Under the pieces are notes generated by a model. That model was not told the origin of the DNA. It ran no database searches and worked only from the letters and a program-made list of their open reading frames with translations. The translations under genes and the position numbers were made by a program. This document shows positions 10,400-21,592 of a stretch of 64,000 nucleotides of DNA, piece after piece. Each line of letters begins with the position of its first letter. The stretch's first letter is position 1. The stretch is taken from the NCBI GenBank assembly GCA_964019335.1, contig OZ025715.1:62001-126000 (forward strand), written 5' to 3'. This DNA comes from Diplonema japonicum (lineage: Eukaryota; Protista; Euglenozoa: Diplonemea).

Positions 10400-13300
10400 A
10401 TGCGCCCCGCACCGCCACCAATTGATCTGCGCACGAAGACATGTTTCACACGAAGTTGCTTCGATGGCACGTCGGGTGCGAAAGAAGAACTGCAATTCTC
10501 TTCCATGCTTGCCGGAAGTGGTGTTCAAAAAAAACAACACAGCCGAAGGAGCAGGAAGGTCGCAGTCCTGAAAACCGCGTCTGGGCTCAGAGGAATGGAC
10601 TTTCTCCGCAGCCCTGGCGAACGGGCCTTGAGCCCTTGCGTAGACAGGAACCAAGGGATCGTAGACTTGAGCGACGTTGACTTAGATGAGGCGAACCTGC
10701 ACGCAACCCTTGAAGTACTGAAAACCATATCTGGGGTAAGGGGCATCACACTGGGCGGTCATAGGGTGGTGTCCAAAATCACCGGCCGTATGCTTCTGAA
10801 GCTTGCCAACGACGTACCTAGCATCACTAGCGTGGACCTTTCAAACACTTTTTTCGAAGAAGCTGGGGTTCACGACCGTCTTGCGTCCCTTGTCGAGGCC
10901 AACAAGCTGTCCTTCGTCACCACGCAGGCTACACGCTCGACATTCGCAAAGTGCCGTTCCGCACAAAAGCTCGACTACTTAAAATTGAAGGAACGCGTCC
11001 GTATCACCAAACACTACAACGAACGCATGACCCTCATCCACTCCATCTGCCACAAGCGGTTACTTACGGAACAAGCTGGTTTGCGAGGCCTGCTCACCAT
11101 CTTAGAATGTGGAGAATACAAAGAACTCAGCATCCAACTCCAAGCACACTCCAAGCGGATCGCAGCCATAGTGGAATGGAAGAAAGCTTTGCGGAAACCG
11201 AGGGAGCGCTTCTGCGACGTCGAACAGGAAGCACGAAAGGCGATCATCAAAGACATGTTCGTCGCGTTCAGAGAGCTCTCGCACCTCAAGCTAGTCTCGC
11301 GGCATAAAGTCGAAGAAGAAGAGAAGAAACAGAGACGCCACTACAGGAGGCAGCGCTACGAGGTCTCTAAGAAATATCTCCAGGAACGCCAACGTATCAT
11401 GAAACAGGACATTCAAATGTGGGCGGAGCTGATGAAGAACGAGCAGGAGGACAGCATGATGATCCAACAGCGAGAACTCGAAGGGGTGCGGAAGCGAGAA
11501 GAAGAACGACGCGAAAAGCTGGCGAGGGAACAGAGACACAACGACAAAGTCGCAGAAGAAGCACGGAAGGTGAAGAAGATCCAACGGGAACAATTCAACG
11601 AAAGGGAGAACATGCAACGGCAGGAGCGCATCGTGAAATCAGAGATCATGATGAAAGAAGACAAGTGCAGGTACGAGGTGGGGGTGTTGTGGTGTGCTGA
11701 ATACAAGCAGGCGCTCATTGCGGAGAGGAAGGGGACCTGCCGGCGTGAGAAGGATGACGCTGTATCGATACCACCGAAGGTTACACTGCACAACATGCAA
11801 GATCGCTTGAAATTCTTCAACACAGGGCAACCAATACAGCGAAGAGTGGCGCCTGAGGCTGAACTAACACTGTGCCAGCCGCTCTTGACGTATCACGGTG
11901 CGGGGCACGATTCAGACGACGACGAGACACCCGACGAGTGGGTGGAACGGAAATCCCGTATCCACGGCGGGACAGTCTCCTTCAAGCTGGACACGAACAG
12001 CAATGGGTACCATCCTGGCGATTCGTTGGACATTGTGGATAAGCTGGTGGAGCCTCAGGTCACGATCGAGGTCGACACTGTCATCTACCACGGAGTGAAG
12101 TTGGCCAAGATCAGCAGTATAGAGAGGCAGGATGCAGACAGCGAAAAAGACACATGTGCTCGATCCACAGCAGTGCTCGGCAACAACATAGTTAGCGTAG
12201 TTATGACACTGCTTCCCTTCGTCACCGAGGTGCATGTGTCCGTCCTCCTGCAGCTCATCGGGTTCAAGACAGGCCTCGAACGGCCCGACCTCGGCAGCGT
12301 GTTTATCTCCATAGAGTTGGAGCTGCTGTTCTCTACTCACAGGATGTATGATGGCACTGCGAAGGGCAACATCTCGACTTCAACGAGGCACATAGTGGAA
12401 GTGCTGATCGCTCCGTCAAGCTTTTCATTCGCACTGCCGTCAACGTGCATTAGTTACAACGAAGGAGACGGTGACTGCTACTTCTTTAGGAATATCAAAG
12501 TGTCGCAGAACGAGAAACTGGAACGGTGCCTCGACAACTGGGAGGGGTACACGCTGTCACTGCGCTCGATGGGTGTGATGTGCCCAAGGGACACCATCTG
12601 TTACTTTCGAAAGCCGGCCACAAAGACGGGGAGGGCACCATACGCTGCCGTCGATGACGATTCTCTAATCCTGCACGAGCGGAAGAAGACAGTCACGTGC
12701 GGGGGTAAAACTATTGCTCACATCACAACGGGCATTCTGCATTACTCGGACAGCAGCTTCGTGCCGAGCAACCAGTCACCTCTACTCGTGTTCCAGCTCA
12801 CAGGCCACATGTATGGGTCACGTCTCGCATCACTTCTGAATGCCCTGCTCTTCAGGAACGACTCGTGTGACCCGTTGGACGGCGTCCGTACCATCATCAT
12901 GACACTGCAGCACCCATCGGGCGAGATGGATATCATCCGGCTGGCGATCGAGGTCATTTCAGAAGACACAAAGACCACTGTCATCCTTGGAAGCGAGACC
13001 GCTTTGTTCCGCAGAGTGACCGGCGACCTGAACGAATGCCTCACCCCAGACATCATCGTGCAGGAACCCGTGCGTGTGGCGCCTGACGCCATCGTCACCG
13101 ATGTGGACACGGAGAACTTCAACAGCGGCAGCCTGCACGTCAACCTCACGAAGGGTGTGCCGCAGGACCAGTTGTACATCTCCAGCGGAGCCGTCATGCT
13201 GGAGAGCAACAACGTGAAGTATAAGGACGTGGTCGTGGCACACTTCAGCAGCACGAAGCACAGAAACGGCACCATGCTTAGTTTGGAATTCGTGCGGAAC

Positions 13301-15925
13301 GCGTCTATCAATGCGGTGCAGGCCATTGTGAGGTCGCTGGTGTTCATGACGGAGACGAGCGTGAGCAGCGTGGGTGAAGGGATCAAGAAGCGGAAGGTGG
13401 CTGTTGAAGACATCCTCCCGGGAACTGTCAGAGCGGGCACGCGCGAGTTGGAGTTCCAGCTGACAGTAGACCAAGCCGAGCCCGTGCATGCAAGGATATC
13501 TCTGCGCGTGGCAAATGCCCTTCTTGTCATCCCCCCGTACTTCCAGACACTCACCTACGTCGAGGCCTCCGACCCTATCAGGCTATGTGGTAGGTTCGAG
13601 GTGCCGCCAGACTTGGCAACATTCGATGGTGGGTTGCTGATAGCCGAGATCACAAACGGTTCGGAGCCGAAGGACATGCTCGGGCTTCGTCTGCCCGACA
13701 ACGGGGAGCTGATGCTGGGGCCGAAGAAGGATAACGATGTGCGGGACCTACAGATGGTGCTGGGCCCATTGAGAGTGGTCGTGGGGTCCGTGTACAGGAC
13801 GGACACCAAGATCGAGATATACTTCCGGCAGGAGCAGAAAGAATCAAAGAAAATGAGGAAGAAGGATGTGATCGCGATTCTCAAGGTGCTCACGTACCAG
13901 CACAAAGGTGACAACCCACGGCTGCTGCGGAAGGTGGTGAGCCTGTCGCTGGACGACGGGTGCGGGGCGCCGAGCACAGCCATGGTACAGGTGACAGTGC
14001 AACCGGTGAACGATGTGACGCAAATTATGCGGGAATCCACGAAGGCTGAGAAATACCGGCAGGAGTCGCGCGAGGACATCATGGGGTATTGCCCTTTCCA
14101 GTCATGTTCCCTGTACGATGCCGACACCGAGATCTTCTCCGGGGGATACCTCACCATAGAGATCCTGCAGGGAGTGGAACGTGGGACCGACAACCTCACC
14201 CTCCTCCCCTCAGCACTCCAGCTCCGCAAGGACCACTCCTGTAAGCAGCTTATTGAAATTGAAGACTCACAAGTTCTGCACAACTCAGAGCACATTGGTG
14301 ATTTACTTATTGGCCAGGACTTTCTGAAGATCACCTTTCCGAAGCAGTCGGAGTACCCTACCATCCAGATGGTCGAGCGTCTCATGCGTGTTGTGCGCTA
14401 CCGCTCCACGGCCAAGCGTCTCAAGCCGTCGACGGTGGTCATGCTGATACGAGTTGCAGGGGATGACGGTCCTGAAGGGCGTCTGAAGGTCCCCATAAAC
14501 GTCATGGGGCCGCTCATCACCATACCAAGCGGTGTGGTTGAGCGGGTGTGGCGGGACAAGCCTATCACAGTAATCCCCACTGTAGTGCTGAACCTCCCTG
14601 ATAGGCACAAGTGCCTTGGGGTGTACATCACCTGCAGCATCACTGATTGGAACAGTGACGACTTGCTGGGCTTCTGCTTCGATGATTCGCCTTTCCACTT
14701 CACCATCAAGAGGTGGAAGAATATCCTCGACGGGTCCAAGGAGCTTGCGACCATCACAGAACGCACGGATCACAGCATGCGGGTGAACTTCGTGTCGAAT
14801 GGGGCGTGCACCGCGAAGCATGTGTCTGGGCTGCTGAAATGCTTGTCCTTCACGCACAGAAAGCCCCCCTCGGCACGCTCCACGCGGAGCGTCGACGTCA
14901 TTGTGCACGTGCAGGACGCGCTGCCCGGCATGATCGTTCAGTCCATAGCCGTTTGTGAACCAGGCAGGCCTACAGAGTTAATCTTGCGCTACCCCATTGT
15001 CGATGCTATTCTGCGTGCCAGTCCAATGAAGTTCCTCGTCGATTGCAACGTGGAAGACAACTACACGTTGCACTTTGAGAAGGGGATGTACATCTCCGCG
15101 GAGGTGCTCGGGTCAAAGAACCTAGGCGAGGACATCCTGGACTTCGCCCTCCCCAACGAGTACAAACCAGGAAACGGGTGGTTCCCATCAAAGCTCGACT
15201 TGTGGATCGACGGAGACGGGTGGGTGAAGGCGAAGGACACGCGACTGGGCCATGTCGAAGGACGTGGCACGGCTGGTGTGAAGCTATGCTTCGTGAACAG
15301 CACAGTCGAGAAGCTGGGAGACATCCTACGCTGCATGACGTATGTCAACACGGCAAAGCGAGCCGCACAAGGGGCAGTGCGAGAGGTGCTGCTGTCGATC
15401 AAGTCAGGGTACCCTAAGGTAATGAGACGCAAGATGACGATAAATCTGAAACCACCGATGATCGACCCGGGGGGCGCAGTGGTGAGAATACAAACAGGCG
15501 AGCGGAGCGCACCGATTATCGAGGCTGCTGAGATCACTGCCTCCAACTACGCATCAGCAGAGCTGACTGTCGGCTTTGTGAGGACGGCAGCCAGCGAAGT
15601 GTATCAAAAGTGTTCGGGGTGGGAGATTACATTAGAACACCCAGACATCTCAATCAGCAAGGGTGGCGTGGTCAGCTTTGACGACACCACACCGTACATC
15701 GTGCTGAACCAGAGCGCGCAGCTCACGACCATCGAGTTCACCACCACTGACACTGCGCTCATCCAGAAAGTGATTAGATGCCTCACCCTCCGTAACACAG
15801 ACACCACCTACCGTTTCAAGTATCCCGTTATCTACACACGTCTTGTTTTAGAAACTAAAACATTTGCCGAACATGTTTTGGGACCCAAGTCAGGGTACTG
15901 TGTTGTGGGTATCGATGCCAAGTAG
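10400..15925 (+). CDS. LRR-like + coiled-coil protein with about 8 bacterial adhesin/cadherin-type repeats
   Basis: 1841-aa uninterrupted ORF; N-terminal LRR-like segment (VDLSDVDLDEANL...ITSVDLSNT); E/R/K coil; repeats such as VTDVDTENFNSGSLHV...VQAIVRSLVF and LDDGCGA...VTVQPVND. Confidence 0.7.
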   Translation: MRPAPPPIDLRTKTCFTRSCFDGTSGAKEELQFSSMLAGSGVQKKQHSRRSRKVAVLKTASGLRGMDFLRSPGERALSPCVDRNQGIVDLSDVDLDEANLHATLEVLKTISGVRGITLGGHRVVSKITGRMLLKLANDVPSITSVDLSNTFFEEAGVHDRLASLVEANKLSFVTTQATRSTFAKCRSAQKLDYLKLKERVRITKHYNERMTLIHSICHKRLLTEQAGLRGLLTILECGEYKELSIQLQAHSKRIAAIVEWKKALRKPRERFCDVEQEARKAIIKDMFVAFRELSHLKLVSRHKVEEEEKKQRRHYRRQRYEVSKKYLQERQRIMKQDIQMWAELMKNEQEDSMMIQQRELEGVRKREEERREKLAREQRHNDKVAEEARKVKKIQREQFNERENMQRQERIVKSEIMMKEDKCRYEVGVLWCAEYKQALIAERKGTCRREKDDAVSIPPKVTLHNMQDRLKFFNTGQPIQRRVAPEAELTLCQPLLTYHGAGHDSDDDETPDEWVERKSRIHGGTVSFKLDTNSNGYHPGDSLDIVDKLVEPQVTIEVDTVIYHGVKLAKISSIERQDADSEKDTCARSTAVLGNNIVSVVMTLLPFVTEVHVSVLLQLIGFKTGLERPDLGSVFISIELELLFSTHRMYDGTAKGNISTSTRHIVEVLIAPSSFSFALPSTCISYNEGDGDCYFFRNIKVSQNEKLERCLDNWEGYTLSLRSMGVMCPRDTICYFRKPATKTGRAPYAAVDDDSLILHERKKTVTCGGKTIAHITTGILHYSDSSFVPSNQSPLLVFQLTGHMYGSRLASLLNALLFRNDSCDPLDGVRTIIMTLQHPSGEMDIIRLAIEVISEDTKTTVILGSETALFRRVTGDLNECLTPDIIVQEPVRVAPDAIVTDVDTENFNSGSLHVNLTKGVPQDQLYISSGAVMLESNNVKYKDVVVAHFSSTKHRNGTMLSLEFVRNASINAVQAIVRSLVFMTETSVSSVGEGIKKRKVAVEDILPGTVRAGTRELEFQLTVDQAEPVHARISLRVANALLVIPPYFQTLTYVEASDPIRLCGRFEVPPDLATFDGGLLIAEITNGSEPKDMLGLRLPDNGELMLGPKKDNDVRDLQMVLGPLRVVVGSVYRTDTKIEIYFRQEQKESKKMRKKDVIAILKVLTYQHKGDNPRLLRKVVSLSLDDGCGAPSTAMVQVTVQPVNDVTQIMRESTKAEKYRQESREDIMGYCPFQSCSLYDADTEIFSGGYLTIEILQGVERGTDNLTLLPSALQLRKDHSCKQLIEIEDSQVLHNSEHIGDLLIGQDFLKITFPKQSEYPTIQMVERLMRVVRYRSTAKRLKPSTVVMLIRVAGDDGPEGRLKVPINVMGPLITIPSGVVERVWRDKPITVIPTVVLNLPDRHKCLGVYITCSITDWNSDDLLGFCFDDSPFHFTIKRWKNILDGSKELATITERTDHSMRVNFVSNGACTAKHVSGLLKCLSFTHRKPPSARSTRSVDVIVHVQDALPGMIVQSIAVCEPGRPTELILRYPIVDAILRASPMKFLVDCNVEDNYTLHFEKGMYISAEVLGSKNLGEDILDFALPNEYKPGNGWFPSKLDLWIDGDGWVKAKDTRLGHVEGRGTAGVKLCFVNSTVEKLGDILRCMTYVNTAKRAAQGAVREVLLSIKSGYPKVMRRKMTINLKPPMIDPGGAVVRIQTGERSAPIIEAAEITASNYASAELTVGFVRTAASEVYQKCSGWEITLEHPDISISKGGVVSFDDTTPYIVLNQSAQLTTIEFTTTDTALIQKVIRCLTLRNTDTTYRFKYPVIYTRLVLETKTFAEHVLGPKSGYCVVGIDAK

Positions 15926-15987
15926 AGAGGCTTTACAGCTTTACTTCCTCCTTTTCTTCTGCTTCCAGTTGTCGTTCCCCCTTTCCT

Positions 15988-16024
<37 letters not shown>

Positions 16025-16038
16025 GAAAAAGAAAAAAT

Positions 16039-16299
16039 ATGGGGAAATGGCCCACGTACACCATGAATGAGGTGCGGACCCACAACAAGGAGACCGATCT
16101 CTGGGTGGTGGCACATGGGAATGTCTATAACCCTACCTTGTTCGTGGGGCATCACCCTGGGGGTGCAGGGGCGCTGCTGAAGAAGGCAGGGATGGATGTC
16201 ACAGCGGACTTCGAGTTTCATCGCGATCGAAAGATATGGCGAAAATATAAAATTGGAGAGCTAGACACAAAGCAGCAAGCTTCGTGCGGGGTTTCGTGA
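16039..16299 (+). CDS. Soluble cytochrome b5 domain protein
   Basis: YTMNEVRTHN...WVVAHGNVYN...HHPGG...AGMDVTADFEFH heme-binding signature; no TM tail. Confidence 0.9.
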   Translation: MGKWPTYTMNEVRTHNKETDLWVVAHGNVYNPTLFVGHHPGGAGALLKKAGMDVTADFEFHRDRKIWRKYKIGELDTKQQASCGVS

Positions 16300-16403
16300 A
16301 CAGGCAGGTTGAATATATATATATAAAGGAAAAAAAAAAATAAAGAGAGAGAGAAAGTAAATGAGCCGAAGCTTCTGCTTTCAGTAATCTCGCTCTTTTT
16401 TTA

Positions 16404-18223
16404 CGCTCTATATTCGCTAAGTGACCCACCAGAACCCGCATTTTGAAGAGCTAAAAAAATTTCTAATTGCTTTTTCTAGGGCTGGAATGGATTTATTTGC
16501 GTCCGGGGCCCAATGTTCGACATATGGAATTTTTTTTTTGTAATAATAAAATTTTTTTTGGTGATTTGCCTTACTTTGTACTATACAAAATGAAGCAGCT
16601 CCGGTGGAAAAAACACAGCACAAGTGGGGTTCGAACCCTGATGAAAAAACCACTGTGTCGGGATTCGAACCCGCGACTCCTGGAACAAGGGGGCCTGACA
16701 GGTGAGCACGGTAACCACTCTACCAGGAATTCAAAACTCTGACCCCCCATCTTTACTCAGGCATCCGACATAGTGAGTGGAGTAGGTCCCCTTCTTTCCA
16801 CACCAGATATCCTCCGCGATGCACACTCACGACGTGCCTCAGCCCATCAACACTGTGATGAAATAAACACAGAATACGATATGAGATAAAGGAGGTTCCT
16901 GTTCTGGAACGTCCTTGTCTACTTATCTACCCCTTTCCCTGTTCTCGAAGTCCGTCGTACTACTTCAGATTCCTGATGCTGTTTACTGTTGTTGCTGCTG
17001 CGTTGAGGAGGTTGTCCATGTCCTCTGTTGTGCCTCGGGTGGCCCTCCTCTGCTTCCTCGGTCTTGTGCTTCTTGTACAAGATGAGGCTGGGGTGCCATC
17101 CTTTGTTTTTGCCTGCTTATGGCACTTCCACTCCGTCTGCTCTGAGATCTCACTTCTTGCCCTCTTTTGTGTAGTGGACCCGGTAGTGGAGCTCCTTGTG
17201 GCTGTACTCCGCTATCGCGATCCTGTCCATCTGGAGTCCTCGTTGTCTGAGGCTCTCTGCTGGCTGGAAGGGCTTGCTTTGGTCTTTCCCTTCGAGTTGC
17301 CCGTGTGCTCTCAGGAGTAGGAAGTATTCTCCGGTCGTCGTACTGCTTGTTTCATAGTCTCCGTTCCGTTCAGGCTGGTCATCAAACCAGGGCACGCGGG
17401 TCAAGGATCTTCCAACGCAAACGTGACCGGTGATCGGTGTAATTCCCACATAAGTACCTTCCAAGCAGAAATAACTTCTGCCCCAAAGGCAACGTCACTT
17501 TCAAATGACTATGCCATTTGGACTGTACGTTGCCCTGTGGTGGACGGCGTAGACGCGCATCTGTCTCTTCAACTATAAACTCCCCTACGGAACCCTCTTT
17601 GACCTTCTCGTCATCTCCACCCGTTTGTATTTGGTGATTACGGCCGAAGTGCAGAGGACGGGACTGTTATGCTTACTGACTAACAACTAACAATCTTACA
17701 ATGTTAAGAGCTGTCCTTCCCTCAAAACTGCACTTTTCTCAACTAGACTCCCACAAGCTTACGAAAAGCTTTCGCAGAAATACCGGTTTGGGCTGCCGTT
17801 TCTCCCCTGTGGTGAGCCTAAAAAAATCCGCTGGAGTGGGGTTTGAACCCGCTAGACTACTATGCCTCGCCAAATATTTTCGGCTGAACTACTGGTCGGA
17901 GGAAAGATGCTGGCTTCTGGGATCGTACCCTGTTGACCATGTTTTTCAAAGGGAAAAGTGCCCAGTTGCAAAAGTTTGGCAAAAATGGCCAAAACCCAAA
18001 ATGGCGACTTCCAAGGTCATTTTGGTTGGCCCCCAATATTTTTTTTTTGGAAAATCTTTTTTGGAACTTCCTTGGAACTCACCGTTCTTTCATGTTCGAC
18101 ATATGGATTTTTTGAAAAAAAAAAAAATTCAATGAACCTTTGGGCATTTTTGACATTTTTTCCCCTATAGCCCCCTATAACCCCTTTGGGACATAGGGCG
18201 GGTCACTTAGCGAATATGGAGCG
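16404..18223. mobile_element. Non-autonomous TIR DNA element (24-bp TIRs, TTA target duplication; PIF/Harbinger-like signature)
   Basis: CGCTCTATATTCGCTAAGTGACCC (16404-16427) versus GGGTCACTTAGCGAATATGGAGCG (18200-18223), 1 mismatch. TTA on both flanks (16401-16403, 18224-18226). Internal direct repeat ATGTTCGACATATGGA near both ends. Confidence 0.8.
16644..16730 (-). promoter_or_regulatory. tRNA-derived Pol III unit (A box, B box, T6), not a functional tRNA
   Basis: Minus strand reads TGGTAGAGTGG...CTGTCA...GCGGGTTCGAATCCCG...GTTTTTT. The acceptor stem does not pair. Confidence 0.6.
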
Positions 18224-19320
18224 TTATTTATTTATTTCTTCTTTTTTCTTTTCTATTTGTAGTTTTTTTTAACTGCTCACATGGGCGTGAAGCATCCCCC
18301 CCACCCCGTTCCATTCCAATCTTGCATTTAACTCTTGTTTTCTCTCTTTCTGTACTTTGTGGAACCCAATCATGGCAACCCCAACAGCTACACCGAGCTC
18401 CTCGTAAGCATGTGAAGAGCACGTGGTGGGGATGACGAGATAGTGATCGTAGAAAGCCGGACGAGCGGGGGGTGCATAAGCCAGCATGCCGCCATCGAAG
18501 AAGTTCACGTTGATCAAGACCTTTGGGACCAACCAGTAACCGCCGCCCGTCCAGCACCCGCATCGTGGACAACCGAGCACTGTTCCCTCATCATATCCCC
18601 AATGGTAGAGATACCCTCCAAAAGTTCTTTTCGACCAAACCCACTATAAGTCTCTCCGCGCTGTTGCGCTTCTGTGCTCCGCTGTCGTATACCTTCCCTT
18701 GAGACCCGTGATCAGCTCCCGTGGTGCCCTTTGTGTACCTCTTCAAGGATAAAGACAAATACAGCAGTCCATCACCCGTTACTCCACTCGTCCAGTCTTC
18801 GCGTCTACTCTATCTTAGAGGAGCAGCTGCGATCCAACTCAACAACTTGCTCGTTGGTTTCACGCCCAAGCTGCTGACTGGATACCACGACGGGCCTAAG
18901 GTACTACCATGACAGAAGGGATCAAACACTAGATGAGTTGATTGTCGTTAGGCGATCCTGTCATATACTGCAGGTTCCCTGCAATGGCATCTTATCCAGG
19001 AGTTCGAACTGGTTTGGGAGGGAGAGGTCCTGGACAGGAACGGGGGTGAGAAGCTTCAGAAATTTGGATTCGTGGGCTGCGTGGACCATGAGGCAGTTTG
19101 TTTGGGAGAGCTGAGGGATGAGAGCTCAGAAGTGGTTTCGAGCCTGTGGTGGTCTACTGAGCAGGTTGACTTGTGTCGCTTTGACGTTAAAAGATCGAAT
19201 TTTGTGTGGCAGGACAAGCTGTCTAGTTCCTGAATAAGTTTTTTTGTTTTGTAAGTGCTTCTTTTTTTTTCTTTGAGGTGTTCTATTTTTTTCTTCCCTC
19301 CTCACTTTCTAAAGCGACCT

Positions 19321-20418
19321 ATGGCGGCAAAAAACCCATATCAGTCACTGGCGCGCGAGTCGAGCAAGTCGAAAAAGCCGAATAAGTCGAGTGAGCCGAA
19401 CTACAAACGCAGGGAGCTGAGAGATGAAAACAAGGCGGCTCTAGCCACAAAGAACCACAAGAAGACGATTAAGAGGATTGAGAAGCCGGAGCTGATAGAC
19501 AAATACAGGGCGGCTCTAAGCTGGGCGCTACATACGCAAACACAGTACTGTCCCGAAGAGCTGATTGAGGATTTTGAGCGGACATTACTGGGGGTGATTA
19601 AGAAGAACTTTCTTGGTTCTGAAGAACTGACCATTGACAAGGTCAAGGAGTGGCTTACCCTTAAAGTGCAATCCAGATATCAAGAGACATCGAACGCGAA
19701 AAAAAATGAAATGATCGAGAAGCATGTAGAATTTTCAAGGAGGGCGAAGGGTTCTGGAAAAGGAGCACTCCATTTGTCAAGAGGAGTGTTGAAAACTATG
19801 TGTGTTTGTAGCCAGGGTAGCCTGGCCGAAACAACGTGGTATTCGATGAACACGGAGGGACACAGTTACTACCTTGGGAAAGAGATACAGGAAATAGACG
19901 AACCCGCAATCCCCGGCCTGTGTGAGGGGATCGTGTTTGAGGTGGTGGAGGAGGCACATGAAAAGGACCATTCTTCTGTGATCCAGCTCTCAAGCCTCAC
20001 ACATGATGTTGATGGTTGTGAAAATGTCTTCTATGGAGTAGACCCTGACACTAAACATTGGGAACTGAAAACCGCTGACAAAGGTTCTGTTGATGACATA
20101 CCGGGGTGGAAGAAGCATATGTTCCAAATCGAGGCTTGGCTGGGAGGGTTACACTTACACGGGTGCCGTGTGCGCATGACAAAGGGGGTTTACAAGATCA
20201 CAAAACTACCATCTGTATCCCCTGACGGAAACGAGAAGAAGAACCTCTCAAGACTTTTGACTGAACTTCGAGCCCGCCAACACAACAACTGCATTCAAAG
20301 GATTGAGCTCAAGAACGGCAAGTTGTCATGCAGGAAACTCACAACCGAGAAAATTCCTGTTCACATCCAGAAGAACGCGGCCAAGATCAAGAAGGCTGCA
20401 GCCTGTCAGTTGGAGTAA
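19321..20418 (+). CDS. Hypothetical basic protein (365 aa) in a repeat-rich block
   Basis: Long open frame with protein-like composition; no family recognised. Confidence 0.5.
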   Translation: MAAKNPYQSLARESSKSKKPNKSSEPNYKRRELRDENKAALATKNHKKTIKRIEKPELIDKYRAALSWALHTQTQYCPEELIEDFERTLLGVIKKNFLGSEELTIDKVKEWLTLKVQSRYQETSNAKKNEMIEKHVEFSRRAKGSGKGALHLSRGVLKTMCVCSQGSLAETTWYSMNTEGHSYYLGKEIQEIDEPAIPGLCEGIVFEVVEEAHEKDHSSVIQLSSLTHDVDGCENVFYGVDPDTKHWELKTADKGSVDDIPGWKKHMFQIEAWLGGLHLHGCRVRMTKGVYKITKLPSVSPDGNEKKNLSRLLTELRARQHNNCIQRIELKNGKLSCRKLTTEKIPVHIQKNAAKIKKAAACQLE

Positions 20419-20630
20419 GTTTACCTCATTTTTTACTTCATTTCAATTTTTGCCTCTTGGTCGGGTGCGGGTGTAGAGTGTGCACGGTGCCCTTGTTTTT
20501 CCCATATTTATCCCCCGGAAACGTGTTCCCTTCTTAAGAAAACGTTCAAAATACGTTTCCATTTCCTTATTTTCAAAAAAAAAAAAAAAAAAAAGGCTTG
20601 AAACGCGTTTCCTTGCCAGCATAGCCGCCC

Positions 20631-21517
20631 CTGTACCTTTTCGTTTGCATCCAGGTCCCTTATTCTAACCACTCAAACCTGTGCTAGCAGACAAATTTTT
20701 CTTCCAACCCTTTTTTTCAGGTGAGGACCGGTAAGTGCAACTCTGTGTTGGGGAACGTGTCTGTGATTTTTAAGAAGGTTTTTACCTTTCTGTGAGCTTT
20801 GAGGCTTTTCCTGGTCTAAAGGTAAACATCATTGTTCCACACATTGCCTTGCCGCTTCCACTCTTAGACACAAAACGAAGTGTCGCCCCCTTTTTTTTTC
20901 CTCATTAGAGTCTAAATCGATTAGGCTGTACCTTTTCATTCACATTCAGGTCCTTTATTCTAACCACTAACTTGGTACCTGTATTTTTCTTCCAACCCTT
21001 TTTTTTCAAGTGAGGACCGGTAAGTGCAACTCTGTGTTGGGGAACGTGTCTGTGATAAGCTTCTAAAGGTTTTTTTTAAACTTTCTGTGAGCTTTGAGGC
21101 TTTTCCTGGTCTAAAGGTAAACATCATTGTTCCACACATTGCCTTGCCGCTTCCACTTTTGGACACAAAACGAAGTGTCGCCCCCTTTTTTTTCCTCATT
21201 AGAGTCTAAATCGATTAGGCTGTACCTTTTCATTCACATTCAGGTCCTTTATTCTCACCACTAACTTGGTACCTGTATTTTTCTTCCAACCCTTTTTTTC
21301 AGGTGAGGACCGGTAAGTGCAACTCTGTGTTGGGGAACGTGTCTGTGATAAGCTTCTAAAGGTTTTTTTTTTTAACTTTCTGTGAGCTTTGAGGCTTTTC
21401 TTGGTCTAAAGGTAAACATCATTGTTCCACACATTGCCTTGCCGCTTCCACTTTTGGACACAAAATGAAGTGTCGCACCCCCCCCCCTTTTTTTTCCTCA
21501 TTAAGAGTCTAAATTAG
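20631..21517. repeat. Tandem repeat, 3 units of about 295 bp
   Basis: Units start at CTGTACCTTTT at 20631, 20926 and 21220, with near-identical bodies. Confidence 0.9.
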
Positions 21518-21592
21518 ACTCTTTCATTTTCTTTTTATGTTTGTTTAGAAGGCCTTTTCACAAAATCATAAAACCCATTCGATCCAACAATA

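Noticed and set aside
16644-16730. Functional tRNA-Asp gene
   Set aside because: Acceptor and anticodon stems do not pair; kept only as a tRNA-derived Pol III unit.
20631-21517. CRISPR-like array
   Set aside because: Long near-identical units with no unique spacers, no cas genes and a eukaryotic context.
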